A stretch of DNA of 64,000 nucleotides, from the NCBI GenBank assembly GCA_029251865.1, contig JAQXCN010000030.1, positions 6,141 to 70,140 of the forward strand, in the 5' to 3' direction. The position numbers and the translations under genes are program-made. This DNA comes from Crocinitomicaceae bacterium. GTDB taxonomy: Bacteria; Bacteroidota; Bacteroidia; Flavobacteriales_D; Crocinitomicaceae. Shown here piece by piece: positions 25,319 through 38,035 of the stretch (positions within the stretch are counted from its first letter, which is position 1; each line of letters begins with the position of its first letter). Under the pieces are notes generated by a model. It made no database searches, had not been told where the DNA came from, and was given only the letters and a program-made list of their open reading frames with translations.

Positions 25319-27730
25319 TTAAAATTTAAAGCTGTAAGAAACACTCGGGAGAACGGGAAATAAGCTCAGCTGATTTAGCGTCCTAGCTCCATTGTTTCCT
25401 TCTTCAAAGAAGAGGTAGAATGCATTTTGACGAGAATACGCATTGTAGAGGCCAAAACTCCAAGTGCTTTCCCAATTTTTCTTCTTTTTGTGTAGGTTGA
25501 TTCCAAGGTCTAACCTGTGGTATGATGGCATTCTGTAGTCATTGCGTGCCTCTATGTGTTCAACCGGTTCATAGGGAGTATTTGCACCTACACTCAGGCC
25601 ACTGACCCCTAAATAGGTTTGTTGTGCGAGTGTTGTTGCATAACCAGACCCGAAGACCCAAACCACACCAATGTCAATGCGGTCATTAAACTTGTGTGTA
25701 ATTGCGAGTCCAATATCATGCCTTCTGTCATATATATATGGATATGGATCTCCAAAATTCAAAGAGTCAAATTGTCTGTTGGACCAACTTAAAGTATACC
25801 CAATCCAACCTGAGGTTTTTCCTACCTTTTTCTCAACGAGGACCTCTAGGCCATAGCTGTTTCCATTTCCGACTGTGATTTTATCCTGCCAGTCTTGTGA
25901 AGATCCGAAAAAGCTAACTCCCTCTTTATAGGCAATTAAGTTCCTCATGTCTTTATAGTAGCCTTCTACGGAAAACTGGAAGCCCTTAGTTAGGGTTTGT
26001 GCGTAACCAAGTGCAAATTGATTTGAGTACTCTGGCGCAACCCTGTCTGTGACAGGAACCCATAAGTCTGTTGGTAATCCAATGGTTGGGTTGGTCAATA
26101 AATGTAAAAACTGAGTCATACTTGAATATGACATTTTCAATGATGAATTTTCATTGAGCATATATCTTGCTGCGAATCTAGGCTGGATACTTGGGTACCA
26201 CTCCTGATTTGCTTTGAATCCTGAAAAATGAAGTCCGATGTTTAATTTCAGACGTTCTGAAATTTCCCAATCGTCCTCAAAATAAGCCCAGTGCTCATGA
26301 CCATATTGTCTTGACGATCCAAATGTGGTATCAATACCGCTTGAAGTATTATTTGAAAGCGCTATTTGATTCACCCCTGGTACAAAGGTGTGGTACGTAT
26401 CTCCAAGTCCAAACTTAATTGTGTGGTTTGGATTCGGTCTATAGTCGAAATCAGCTTTTACGGTCCAATCTTGAATCCCAGAATTATAGTTAAAGAGAAC
26501 ATTTTGGCTTGTTGAAGGCGCATTTTGATAAGTTGTAGTTGATTGATTTTCGCCACCTACAGTAAATTCATATTGACTGAACGTTCCCGTTAGGTTCATG
26601 AAAAGTTTAGGAGTAATAATCTTGTTCCAACGCAGTGCTGCAATGGCATTTCCCCAGCGCAAACCATTGGAATTATTTTGTTGTGTTATTGAGGTGTCTT
26701 CATCTGTGGTATATTCATTCGTCCCGTCATTGTAGAAACGATCTCTTCCAAAGTAGCCGCTTAGGTAAAGTCTACTTGTTTCTGAAAACTTATGGTTTAT
26801 TTTTGCATTTAAATCCCAAAAATAATAGCCTCCGGTCTGTGTTTCATTAGAACCAACATCACCTTTTCCGCCGCTTTGATTTCTATTACGCATATTGATA
26901 AAAGGTCTTGCGAGAACATCTATATATGTGCGTCTTCCCGAAACGATAAAGGATGTTTTATCTTTAACAATAGGGCCTTCGAGGGAAAGTTTTGAAGAGA
27001 TTAAACCAACACTTCCCTCTCCGTGAAATTCTTTCATGTTCCCTTCTTTCATTCTGATATCGAGTACAGAAGACAAACGACCTCCATAGCGCGCAGGGAA
27101 CCCTCCTTTAATCATCGTTACTTTGTTGATTGCATCTGCATTGAATATGGAAAAGAAACCAAAGAGGTGCGTTGCGTTGTAAATGGGTACCCCATCCAAA
27201 AGCATTAGGTTTTGGTCTTGACCGCCTCCCCTTACATAAATTCCACTTGAGCCTTCGCTTCCTGATTGGACACCTGGAAATAGTTGTATGGTTTTAATAA
27301 TATCTTTTTCTCCTAAGAAGACTGGGAGTGCTTTTATTTTTTCAATCGAGACATCAAAGGAGCTCATTTGCGTACGCTCCTCAATGTTTTTTTCAGCCGT
27401 AACCGTTACTTCTTCGAGTTCTTGAATGGTCAATAGTTCGATAGGTAATGCAATGTCTTTCTTGCCATCAAGCTGGTATTCCATAGCAGTATAGCCAATG
27501 TATGAGACCCTAATGTATGCACTATCCTGCGGTAAGGTTAAGCTGTAAAATCCATATTCATTGGAGATCGTTCCTTTTTTTGATTTTAAATCAAAGACTT
27601 TAGCGCCAATTATAGGTTCTCCCGTTTTGGCTTCTTTAACAGTTCCACTAATCGTAAATTTCTGTGCAAAAGAAAGCTGAAATACAAAAATAAGTATTGC
27701 AAGCAAGGTAAATTTTTTCATAGACAACAT
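25319..27730 (-). CDS. TonB-dependent receptor with carboxypeptidase-regulatory-like N-domain
   Basis: FTISGTVKEAKTGEPIIGAKV (CarbopepD_reg), a plug region (IQLFPGVQSGSEGSSGIYVRGG) and a C-terminal aromatic residue (YSFKF). An alternative start exists at 27721. Confidence 0.9.
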   Translation of the reverse strand: MLSMKKFTLLAILIFVFQLSFAQKFTISGTVKEAKTGEPIIGAKVFDLKSKKGTISNEYGFYSLTLPQDSAYIRVSYIGYTAMEYQLDGKKDIALPIELLTIQELEEVTVTAEKNIEERTQMSSFDVSIEKIKALPVFLGEKDIIKTIQLFPGVQSGSEGSSGIYVRGGGQDQNLMLLDGVPIYNATHLFGFFSIFNADAINKVTMIKGGFPARYGGRLSSVLDIRMKEGNMKEFHGEGSVGLISSKLSLEGPIVKDKTSFIVSGRRTYIDVLARPFINMRNRNQSGGKGDVGSNETQTGGYYFWDLNAKINHKFSETSRLYLSGYFGRDRFYNDGTNEYTTDEDTSITQQNNSNGLRWGNAIAALRWNKIITPKLFMNLTGTFSQYEFTVGGENQSTTTYQNAPSTSQNVLFNYNSGIQDWTVKADFDYRPNPNHTIKFGLGDTYHTFVPGVNQIALSNNTSSGIDTTFGSSRQYGHEHWAYFEDDWEISERLKLNIGLHFSGFKANQEWYPSIQPRFAARYMLNENSSLKMSYSSMTQFLHLLTNPTIGLPTDLWVPVTDRVAPEYSNQFALGYAQTLTKGFQFSVEGYYKDMRNLIAYKEGVSFFGSSQDWQDKITVGNGNSYGLEVLVEKKVGKTSGWIGYTLSWSNRQFDSLNFGDPYPYIYDRRHDIGLAITHKFNDRIDIGVVWVFGSGYATTLAQQTYLGVSGLSVGANTPYEPVEHIEARNDYRMPSYHRLDLGINLHKKKKNWESTWSFGLYNAYSRQNAFYLFFEEGNNGARTLNQLSLFPVLPSVSYSFKF

Positions 27731-27770
27731 TCTCTTGAATTTTATTTTCTTGTAAAGGTCGAAATTTTAT

Positions 27771-28031
27771 TTAATTCGTACAGCAAGGTCCTTGTTCGTA
27801 ACTCGTAATTCCATTACGGTCAGCATGACAAGCATTAGAGTAGGTTACACCATTACAACCACAAACGGGATCATATTGCTCATTACAAACCACGCTTGGG
27901 TCTATTAATGAAGAATCAATACAAGTTTCTTGCGCTATGTTTTCAACGGACCCACAATTTTCTTGTTTTAAGCAAGACATTACGATTGTCAATAGGAGTG
28001 CAGAAAAAGTTAAATAAAAAATGCTTTTCAT
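27771..28031 (-). CDS. Kazal-type serine protease inhibitor domain lipoprotein
   Basis: Lipobox (IVMSC) and a Kazal Cys pattern: CNEQYDPVCGCNGVTYSNACHADRNGITSYEQGPC. Confidence 0.8.
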   Translation of the reverse strand: MKSIFYLTFSALLLTIVMSCLKQENCGSVENIAQETCIDSSLIDPSVVCNEQYDPVCGCNGVTYSNACHADRNGITSYEQGPCCTN

Positions 28032-28064
28032 CAGTGGCTAAACGTTGAATCTCTTTTATTATTG

Positions 28065-29018
28065 CTAATCCAAGGTATTCGTATCGCGCAAAAATTCAAG
28101 AACAGGGACCAAGCTTTTATCAGGATTTTCTTCCATAGGAACATGTCCTAAACCATTGAGTATGACCAAGGTGTTGTTCGGTAAGTCTTTGTGGAATTTT
28201 AATGCGACCTCTGTTGGAATTAATTTATCTTTTTCTCCCCATATAATAAGAGTGTTTTGAGTTATCGTTTTTATTTTTTCATAGCTATTTATATCGTTTT
28301 CAACGCTCAACCGATCGATAAATGCCTGGCGATTCCCTGCTCTTAAGGCAAGCTCAAAGTAGCGTTCTACAAGAGTATCATTAACCTTAGTTATATCAGC
28401 ATATACATTTTCTACACTTTTCCGTGCTATGAATTTCGGTGTAATATATGTAAATAGATTTTTAATGATAGGTGTTTTTGCAAGCTGAAATGCGATTGGG
28501 GTACTTTGAGCTTTTATAGCATACCCGGAGGCATCAATTAAAATTAGTTTACTCACTTTATTCGGGTAACGTGCTGTATATCGCCAAGCAATACCTCCAC
28601 CCAATGAATTTCCACCTAGGATACATTTATGAATACTTTTAGCATTTAAAAACTTATGAATGAATTCAACGTAGCTATCCATTGTATAGTTCCGATCTTT
28701 AAAGGGTCCAGTTAGGCCATAAGCTGGTAGATCCATTCTAATCACCCTTCGGGTTTTTTTTAATTGATTTGTCCAGCCCTCAAAAGTATGTAGACTTGAA
28801 CCAGTGCCGTGGATTAAGACAAGAGGAATAGAATCCTTAGACAAACCCTCATCCCTGTAATGCACATTTATGCCGTCAATAGAAATAAATGATGAGGGCG
28901 CCTTCCCATACTTCATTTTTAAGGTTTCTAAAGGAATATCTCGATAACCAAAAACAACTATAACAATCAAAACGATTGCGGCTAGAATCAAAAATAAAAT
29001 TTTAAAAACCGTTTTCAT
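28065..29018 (-). CDS. alpha/beta fold hydrolase, membrane-anchored
   Basis: HGTGSS oxyanion region, nucleophile elbow GNSLGG and a C-terminal GHVPMEE. I prefer the start at the ATG at 29018 (MKTVFKILF). Confidence 0.85.
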   Translation of the reverse strand: MKTVFKILFLILAAIVLIVIVVFGYRDIPLETLKMKYGKAPSSFISIDGINVHYRDEGLSKDSIPLVLIHGTGSSLHTFEGWTNQLKKTRRVIRMDLPAYGLTGPFKDRNYTMDSYVEFIHKFLNAKSIHKCILGGNSLGGGIAWRYTARYPNKVSKLILIDASGYAIKAQSTPIAFQLAKTPIIKNLFTYITPKFIARKSVENVYADITKVNDTLVERYFELALRAGNRQAFIDRLSVENDINSYEKIKTITQNTLIIWGEKDKLIPTEVALKFHKDLPNNTLVILNGLGHVPMEENPDKSLVPVLEFLRDTNTLD

Positions 29019-29134
29019 GATGATGTTTTTGAATACTATAAATTTAAAGCAAAACGAATGAGCCGGTTCTTTCAATAAACATTGTATTTATTTAAGTTCG
29101 CAATGCTTAACTTAGTACTGTCTAAAATCATGCG

Positions 29135-32316
<3,182 letters not shown>

Positions 32317-32414
32317 TCATTTTTAACTGCAGGAACCCTCTATTTTAAAGCGGCTTATCGTATTTGGATAAAAAAAATCAATTAAATTAGGTCAACTCTT
32401 TTTCGAGAACTCAG

Positions 32415-33812
32415 ATGTTTAGAAATTACAAAGTGCTTTTTTTCATGCTGATTATGCTGCTATCAGTATCGTGTAGAACTATAGCACCACCACTTCCGGA
32501 GCTTAAAAAGGCGCCTGAAAAAAAGATTGAACCCGTGATTTCGAGGATGAATATTGATATCGAAGTAGATATGAATAGGTTATTTCAAGAGGCGGAGAAA
32601 AGCACGCCAAAAACATTTAAAGGGAAAAAGTCAAATTGTGAAGGCATGAGCTATACGTACGCTTTTACGCGAAAGCCGATTGCGTTTAAGACAAAAGCGA
32701 GTCAGCTTCAGACAACAATTTCTGGTGGGTTTTCATTAGAGCTGAATTATTGCCCTTTGTGCATAACCCTATGGAATGGAAACGAGTCATGCACTGTACC
32801 AAGAGTCTACGCTTCTTGTGGTATTGGTGAGCCTAAAAGGCGTTATTCAATGACCTACTTGACAAAAGTTGGGTTAAGTAAGGATTATAAACTTCAAGCG
32901 AGAACAATACTCAAATCATTTATAATAAAAGACCCTTGTGAAGTGACGTTTATAAATTACGATGTTACAGATAAGGTTCAAAAAGAGATCACAAAAGAGC
33001 TTAAGTCAATGAAATCAAAACTCGACAAGGAGCTTGGTGCTCTAAATGTTAGGTCTAAGATAGAGGAGGCATGGAGGAAACTGCAAGATCCACTGCCAAT
33101 CGACGCCTACGGCAACCTATTTTTAAATCCTAGTTCTTTATCAATGACTGAGTTGAGCTATAAAGGAAATACGGCCAAGTTTTCGTTAAGTTTATTTTTC
33201 TCTCCGCTTATTAGTACTGAGTTCCAGCGTCAAAAATACGTGCCTTTGGAACCAATGCGCAAAGAGCCACAGGTTTCTGGCTTTGATATTTTAGCGGATG
33301 CTGCAGCTAGTTATGATTCTTTATCGTCTATTTTAACAAGGACATTTCGAAACCAAGTTATTACTGTAAAAGGGAAAAGAGTTGTGGTGCGAAATTTGGA
33401 CATAATAGGAACACAGTCTGAGCAGTTGGTGTTGCGTTTAGTATTTGACGGTTTTCGAAAAGGAGTAATATATCTCGTTTGTAGACCCAATATGGATTTT
33501 GAGAAACAAATATTGCGCCTCGAAGACATTGACTTCGAGATTAAGACAAAGGCGCTTTTATTAAAATCAGCACAGTGGTTACTTGGAAATAGAATTAAAA
33601 ATGAAATAATGGAGCGCGCAAAAATTGATTTGTCATCAAATGTAAAAAAGCTTTTATCGGCTTTAGAAAACCGGCTGAATGGAGAGGTTTATCCTGGATT
33701 CAACGTAAATAGTAAGTTAGATCTTTTGCGTGTAAATAAAATCATTTTAGGACCTTCCAAATTATATGTAAGGACAAACATCACAGGAAAAGTAAATTTA
33801 GATATTCATTAA
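32415..33812 (+). CDS. hypothetical lipoprotein (possibly DUF4403 family)
   Basis: Lipobox (LLSVSC), 465 aa. The family guess rests on size and context only. Confidence 0.45.
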   Translation: MFRNYKVLFFMLIMLLSVSCRTIAPPLPELKKAPEKKIEPVISRMNIDIEVDMNRLFQEAEKSTPKTFKGKKSNCEGMSYTYAFTRKPIAFKTKASQLQTTISGGFSLELNYCPLCITLWNGNESCTVPRVYASCGIGEPKRRYSMTYLTKVGLSKDYKLQARTILKSFIIKDPCEVTFINYDVTDKVQKEITKELKSMKSKLDKELGALNVRSKIEEAWRKLQDPLPIDAYGNLFLNPSSLSMTELSYKGNTAKFSLSLFFSPLISTEFQRQKYVPLEPMRKEPQVSGFDILADAAASYDSLSSILTRTFRNQVITVKGKRVVVRNLDIIGTQSEQLVLRLVFDGFRKGVIYLVCRPNMDFEKQILRLEDIDFEIKTKALLLKSAQWLLGNRIKNEIMERAKIDLSSNVKKLLSALENRLNGEVYPGFNVNSKLDLLRVNKIILGPSKLYVRTNITGKVNLDIH

Positions 33813-34961
33813 ATGAAAAAGCATAGCGCATTTCTTCTCCTTTTGAGCTGTTTGGTTTTTTCAGTTGGTTGCTATGCACAAGATGTAGGATACTATAAAT
33901 GCAACGGCGGCATTTCTCTTTCCCCTAATAATTTTTATGCGCTGGCTTTTCAGGGAAAAAGAGGCCTTGATAAGAAATCACTTTTCGGTTATGAAAAGAA
34001 ATTAGAGGTAAGCAAAAATCAAATATGGCTCTTTTTTGATACACCGTCTTCAGGTTTAATGAGGCTACAGATTAAGAAAACGGATACCCCATTTCAAATT
34101 TATATTTTCAAAGAGAAAAACGGAGTGCTTTGTGAAGATCTAGAGTCAAAAAGTGCCAAACTAATCTATAAGGAACCAAGTACTGTAAACTTAAATTCAG
34201 AATTTATTTTTGTTGAAGATGCGCTACGTTATGGCGTCGTTTTGGTCGCTAATTCGGGCGTTAAGGATTCATTAGAGTTCTCTTTTGATTTTTCTCCCCA
34301 AGATGAATTCGGCAATGAAATTGTCGATTCGTTACTCTTTGACTTATCAACACACGGTAATGCACATGAATACGAGATACATGTCAGAGACGCAATAACC
34401 AAACGCCCTGTGAAGAGTAAAATATCTTTAACTGGAGCCAATGAAATTAATGGTGCATATGTCGCAAGTGATTTAATTCTAAACATTCGAAAGAACATTA
34501 AGGAATGCGAACTAAAAATAGATGCCGAAGGTTATTTTTCCTTTGATAAAAAGGACCACTCTATACTTCTTAAAAACGGATTAAATGATACCATCTTACT
34601 TAAGCCATTGGTCAGAGGCGCGGTAGCTAAGATTGATGAAATTTATTTCACAGCCGGTCTTGCTACAATTTTAGAAGAGTCAGGGCCAAAATTAAATAGA
34701 CTCCGTGATTTTTTACTCGTTAATGCGTCAGTGAATATTGAAATTCAAGGTCATGTGAATGGTGATGGAACGCAGCCGCTAAGTTCAAGACGTCTATCAA
34801 AAAAACGCGCTAAAGAAATCGTTAAGTACTTAATCACTGCGGGGATATCCTCAAAAAGGTTAAGCGCCAAGGGATTTGGTTTTACAAAACCTGTTTATGA
34901 ATTTCCAGAATCGGAAATGGAAAAAGAGGCCAATAGAAGAGTTGAGATTTTAATTAAATAA
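33813..34961 (+). CDS. OmpA family protein
   Basis: C-terminal OmpA-like domain (IEIQGHVNGDG...SKKRAKEIVKYLITAGISSKRLSAKGFG...NRRVEILI). Its ATG directly abuts the upstream TAA. Confidence 0.85.
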   Translation: MKKHSAFLLLLSCLVFSVGCYAQDVGYYKCNGGISLSPNNFYALAFQGKRGLDKKSLFGYEKKLEVSKNQIWLFFDTPSSGLMRLQIKKTDTPFQIYIFKEKNGVLCEDLESKSAKLIYKEPSTVNLNSEFIFVEDALRYGVVLVANSGVKDSLEFSFDFSPQDEFGNEIVDSLLFDLSTHGNAHEYEIHVRDAITKRPVKSKISLTGANEINGAYVASDLILNIRKNIKECELKIDAEGYFSFDKKDHSILLKNGLNDTILLKPLVRGAVAKIDEIYFTAGLATILEESGPKLNRLRDFLLVNASVNIEIQGHVNGDGTQPLSSRRLSKKRAKEIVKYLITAGISSKRLSAKGFGFTKPVYEFPESEMEKEANRRVEILIK

Positions 34962-34963
34962 CC

Positions 34964-36307
34964 TTATCCGTAGTAGGGTGAAATCATCTTGTAGACAACA
35001 ACTCCAGTAACTGCGACATATAACCAAATAGGAAACGCAAACCGCGTCCATTTTTTATGTTTTTCAAAATCGCCTTCCCAAGCAAACTTGTAGGCGTATA
35101 GAACAAGAGGAATAACAACCAGACTTAAAAAGATGTGTGAAATCAGAATGAAGAAATATATGTTTTTAGTATCAGCTACGGCTATTTTTTCAGCAGTTTC
35201 TAGTATTCCATTACCATTTATATCTCCATATTTGGTAGAGTCGGAAGTCATATGGTACAAAACGTAAAGTAATAGAAATAGGATAGAAAATGAAAGACAT
35301 CCTTGGATAATACGCTGATGAATTCTCATTTTTTTAAATTTAATAGCAACCAAGGCGAGTATTAATCCTACGGCAGTCAGGCCATTGAGGCTTGCATAAA
35401 TTGGAGGTAGAAAGGAGAGGTCGAGGCCGTCAATTTTCACTGAAAATAACACAGCAACTGCAACAGGTATGGCAATTGATACTCCTAAGATTGCGCGATC
35501 TAAAACTTTTTTATTTTTCGGTTTCGGAGATAATCGCCCTTCTTTTTGTGTAATTTCTTCTGCTATTCCGTCCCATAATTTGACGCGAAACGCTAATGCT
35601 TTTTTTGAAACCTCCAAAGCTTCCTGACATTTTTGGACATCTCCCATGCAAAGCTCTTCAACCATTTTCAGTGAAAGAGGCCCATGTTCATCACCGTCTA
35701 ATTCGACATGTCTATCCAAATAATAACGCAACTTATTATACTTTTTATTTTTGGCATCAGATTGCTTAAGGATTTCAATAAACATATCAGGGATTACGTC
35801 TTCTCTACCAAATGTAAAGGCAGCTGCAATACAATGTGATTTTCCAGAAGCAATGACTTCAAAAGTGAAATTGACAAAGTCTTTGACCGCTTGATTGATA
35901 TATAAGCCATCTAAAGTGGTTGCGATTGTCTCTCCATTTTCAATCCCCTTTATTAAATGACGAATTTCGCTTGAATCTGCATCGATTTGTTGCATTGCAT
36001 CCAGGTACATTTCGAAGTGACTTTTAGCCTCTCCGCTTTCGTTTAGGTCACTTTCCTCCGCTTGAACTATTTCATTTATAAAACGAGACAAGTTGGCATT
36101 CGGTCGAGGGGTCCAAGGAACATCGGTATTGGTGAGCTGAACCTGAAGTGATTTTAGTAATGACATAAAGTCCCAAACTGCAAATACGTGCAAAGACATA
36201 AATGTCTTTATATCTTCGAGACTATGCATTTGTTTGTATAATCCGTGGTCGCGAAGCTGTCTGCGGTATGGGTAAAGTTCCTTCTCTATGTGGTTGAGAT
36301 CGATCAA
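34964..36307 (-). CDS. fusion protein: DUF3050 (heme-oxygenase-like) N-domain + DUF420 (CtaM-like) membrane C-domain
   Basis: The N-domain reads [18 protein letters not shown]...PWTP...[13 protein letters not shown]. The C-domain has 4 TM helices ending [31 protein letters not shown]. Confidence 0.6.
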   Translation of the reverse strand: MIDLNHIEKELYPYRRQLRDHGLYKQMHSLEDIKTFMSLHVFAVWDFMSLLKSLQVQLTNTDVPWTPRPNANLSRFINEIVQAEESDLNESGEAKSHFEMYLDAMQQIDADSSEIRHLIKGIENGETIATTLDGLYINQAVKDFVNFTFEVIASGKSHCIAAAFTFGREDVIPDMFIEILKQSDAKNKKYNKLRYYLDRHVELDGDEHGPLSLKMVEELCMGDVQKCQEALEVSKKALAFRVKLWDGIAEEITQKEGRLSPKPKNKKVLDRAILGVSIAIPVAVAVLFSVKIDGLDLSFLPPIYASLNGLTAVGLILALVAIKFKKMRIHQRIIQGCLSFSILFLLLYVLYHMTSDSTKYGDINGNGILETAEKIAVADTKNIYFFILISHIFLSLVVIPLVLYAYKFAWEGDFEKHKKWTRFAFPIWLYVAVTGVVVYKMISPYYG

Positions 36308-36310
36308 TTG

Positions 36311-36994
36311 TTATTTTAAACTATTAATAAGAATACGTAACTCCTTTTTTAACCGACGATATTCATTTTTGTTTACTGATCCATCGTACCCAGTAATGTT
36401 ATAAACCCCTCTTAAATACCCTGAAGGGTCAACCATAGAAAACGCACCGGAATGTGCGTAGCCCCCCTCAGCCTCTTCTTCTCTTCCCGAAAATATCTTA
36501 AAGCTTTCAATTCCAAGACGGTGCGTAAGCTCTTCATCGCCAGTCAGAAAATCCCAATTGTCACAATTGTTACAATATCTGTCTTTATAAGAACGCAATG
36601 CTGAAGGCGTATCTTTATCAGGATCAATCGAGAACGATAAGAACTGAACTTTTTCGCTCAGGCCCATTTCATCGATTTCATTTTGTAGACGCTTCATTTC
36701 AATATTCATTATCGGACAGATCGTTGGGCAAGTCGCAAAAAAGAATTCAGCAATCCAAATTTTGTTTTCATAACTTTTGTTAGTTACTGATAACGAGTCT
36801 TGATTTAAGTAGTTAAAAGACCGAATACTTTGGTGCACGGTATCAATGATTTGAACTCCATTTACCTCAGAATATTCAAGGTCATGATGGCCTATGTATG
36901 GAAGCTTTTGAACAATCTGCTCTTCTCTTGGTTTGTTTTCCAAATCACATGCAGTGAAAATTAAGATTATAAAGCATGCTGTTAACCCTTTCAT
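36311..36994 (-). CDS. SCO family protein (SCO1/SenC copper chaperone)
   Basis: Lipobox and the CPTICP (CxxxC) motif with a downstream His (YAHSG). Confidence 0.85.
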   Translation of the reverse strand: MKGLTACFIILIFTACDLENKPREEQIVQKLPYIGHHDLEYSEVNGVQIIDTVHQSIRSFNYLNQDSLSVTNKSYENKIWIAEFFFATCPTICPIMNIEMKRLQNEIDEMGLSEKVQFLSFSIDPDKDTPSALRSYKDRYCNNCDNWDFLTGDEELTHRLGIESFKIFSGREEEAEGGYAHSGAFSMVDPSGYLRGVYNITGYDGSVNKNEYRRLKKELRILINSLK

Positions 36995-36996
36995 TT

Positions 36997-37686
36997 TTAT
37001 TTTGCAGCTTGTTTATCATATTGTTTTTGAAGTAAAGCCATGCTCTGCTTCATTCTTCTAATTTGCCCTTCAACATTTCCGGAAAGTACCATTCGCAAGT
37101 GACTTTGCTTATCTAAAAGAAGCATTAATTCCTGGAACTTCAGGCCCTCGTTCGTAAGAGTCACCCCGTTGTTTTTGAGATTATATATGGACTTCACATC
37201 GCCAGTGGCTAAGATCCAGATTGAAGGGTCATAATTTTCGGCTAAATCACGAACAGCATCGTTAATTACGCTTAGGTCTTCGACAGGATTTCCTTGGTCA
37301 TCGATTAAAAAAGAAATCATCCTAATTTTTTTAGTCTTCTTGGTTTTGTTTTTCCAAACATGTTGATAGATTGTTTGATTCAAATGCCACATCAAAACAG
37401 AACAACTATCTGGGCATGAGCTTTGAAGTGTGTTGATTAAAACGAGCTCGCCTTCAAATTCTTTAGAAGACCTTTTTACGCCTGAGGCATCGGTAAACTC
37501 AAACGCGGGGACTACTCCGAAATCATCGAGCACTTCGAATTTATGTTCGCAACTCCTTGTTCCTATAAAGACAAGCAACATAGCAGGGCCAAATACAAGA
37601 AAAAAACTAAGGATTTTGTTAAATCTACTTTTTACCAACGGAAATTCTTTAAACCGCAACCGAAGACCAAGCGTCTCCGACAGCAA
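36997..37686 (-). CDS. SCO-like thioredoxin-fold protein (divergent)
   Basis: Carries a CPDSC motif in an SCO-like position. The track start is a TTG that overlaps the upstream gene by 38 nt. An alternative TTG at 37638 would remove the overlap. Confidence 0.5.
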   Translation of the reverse strand: MLSETLGLRLRFKEFPLVKSRFNKILSFFLVFGPAMLLVFIGTRSCEHKFEVLDDFGVVPAFEFTDASGVKRSSKEFEGELVLINTLQSSCPDSCSVLMWHLNQTIYQHVWKNKTKKTKKIRMISFLIDDQGNPVEDLSVINDAVRDLAENYDPSIWILATGDVKSIYNLKNNGVTLTNEGLKFQELMLLLDKQSHLRMVLSGNVEGQIRRMKQSMALLQKQYDKQAAK

Positions 37687-38017
37687 GGGCCTCCCATAGG
37701 GCTATGAATATCAGATATAGGATAAACATCGCATAAGGAATAAGTATGACGTTTCTCATCCATTTTCTTTCGTCACCAAGGTGCATAAATACCATAACGA
37801 TATACCCCGCCTTCAAAAGAGTTAAAACAATAAAGGTCCACTTTACATATGGCCAAGCTCCTGAAGACTGCTTTATAAAGGCGCCTAAAGCCACCTCTAT
37901 TACGGTGATTAGTGTTAGCAGTATGGTTACCTTAACAATCTTACTTCTAATCTGTTTTCCTTGTTCTTCAGAATGGTGCGTATCTAAAGAATATTCAATC
38001 AAGTCGTCTCTTTCCAT
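37649..38017 (-). CDS. cytochrome c oxidase subunit IV family protein
   Basis: About 120 aa, 3 TM, N-terminal HHSEEQG segment. It sits directly after the CoxIII genes. Confidence 0.7.
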   Translation of the reverse strand: MERDDLIEYSLDTHHSEEQGKQIRSKIVKVTILLTLITVIEVALGAFIKQSSGAWPYVKWTFIVLTLLKAGYIVMVFMHLGDERKWMRNVILIPYAMFILYLIFIALWEALAVGDAWSSVAV

Positions 38018-38035
38018 GGTAAAAGCAATTTAAAT

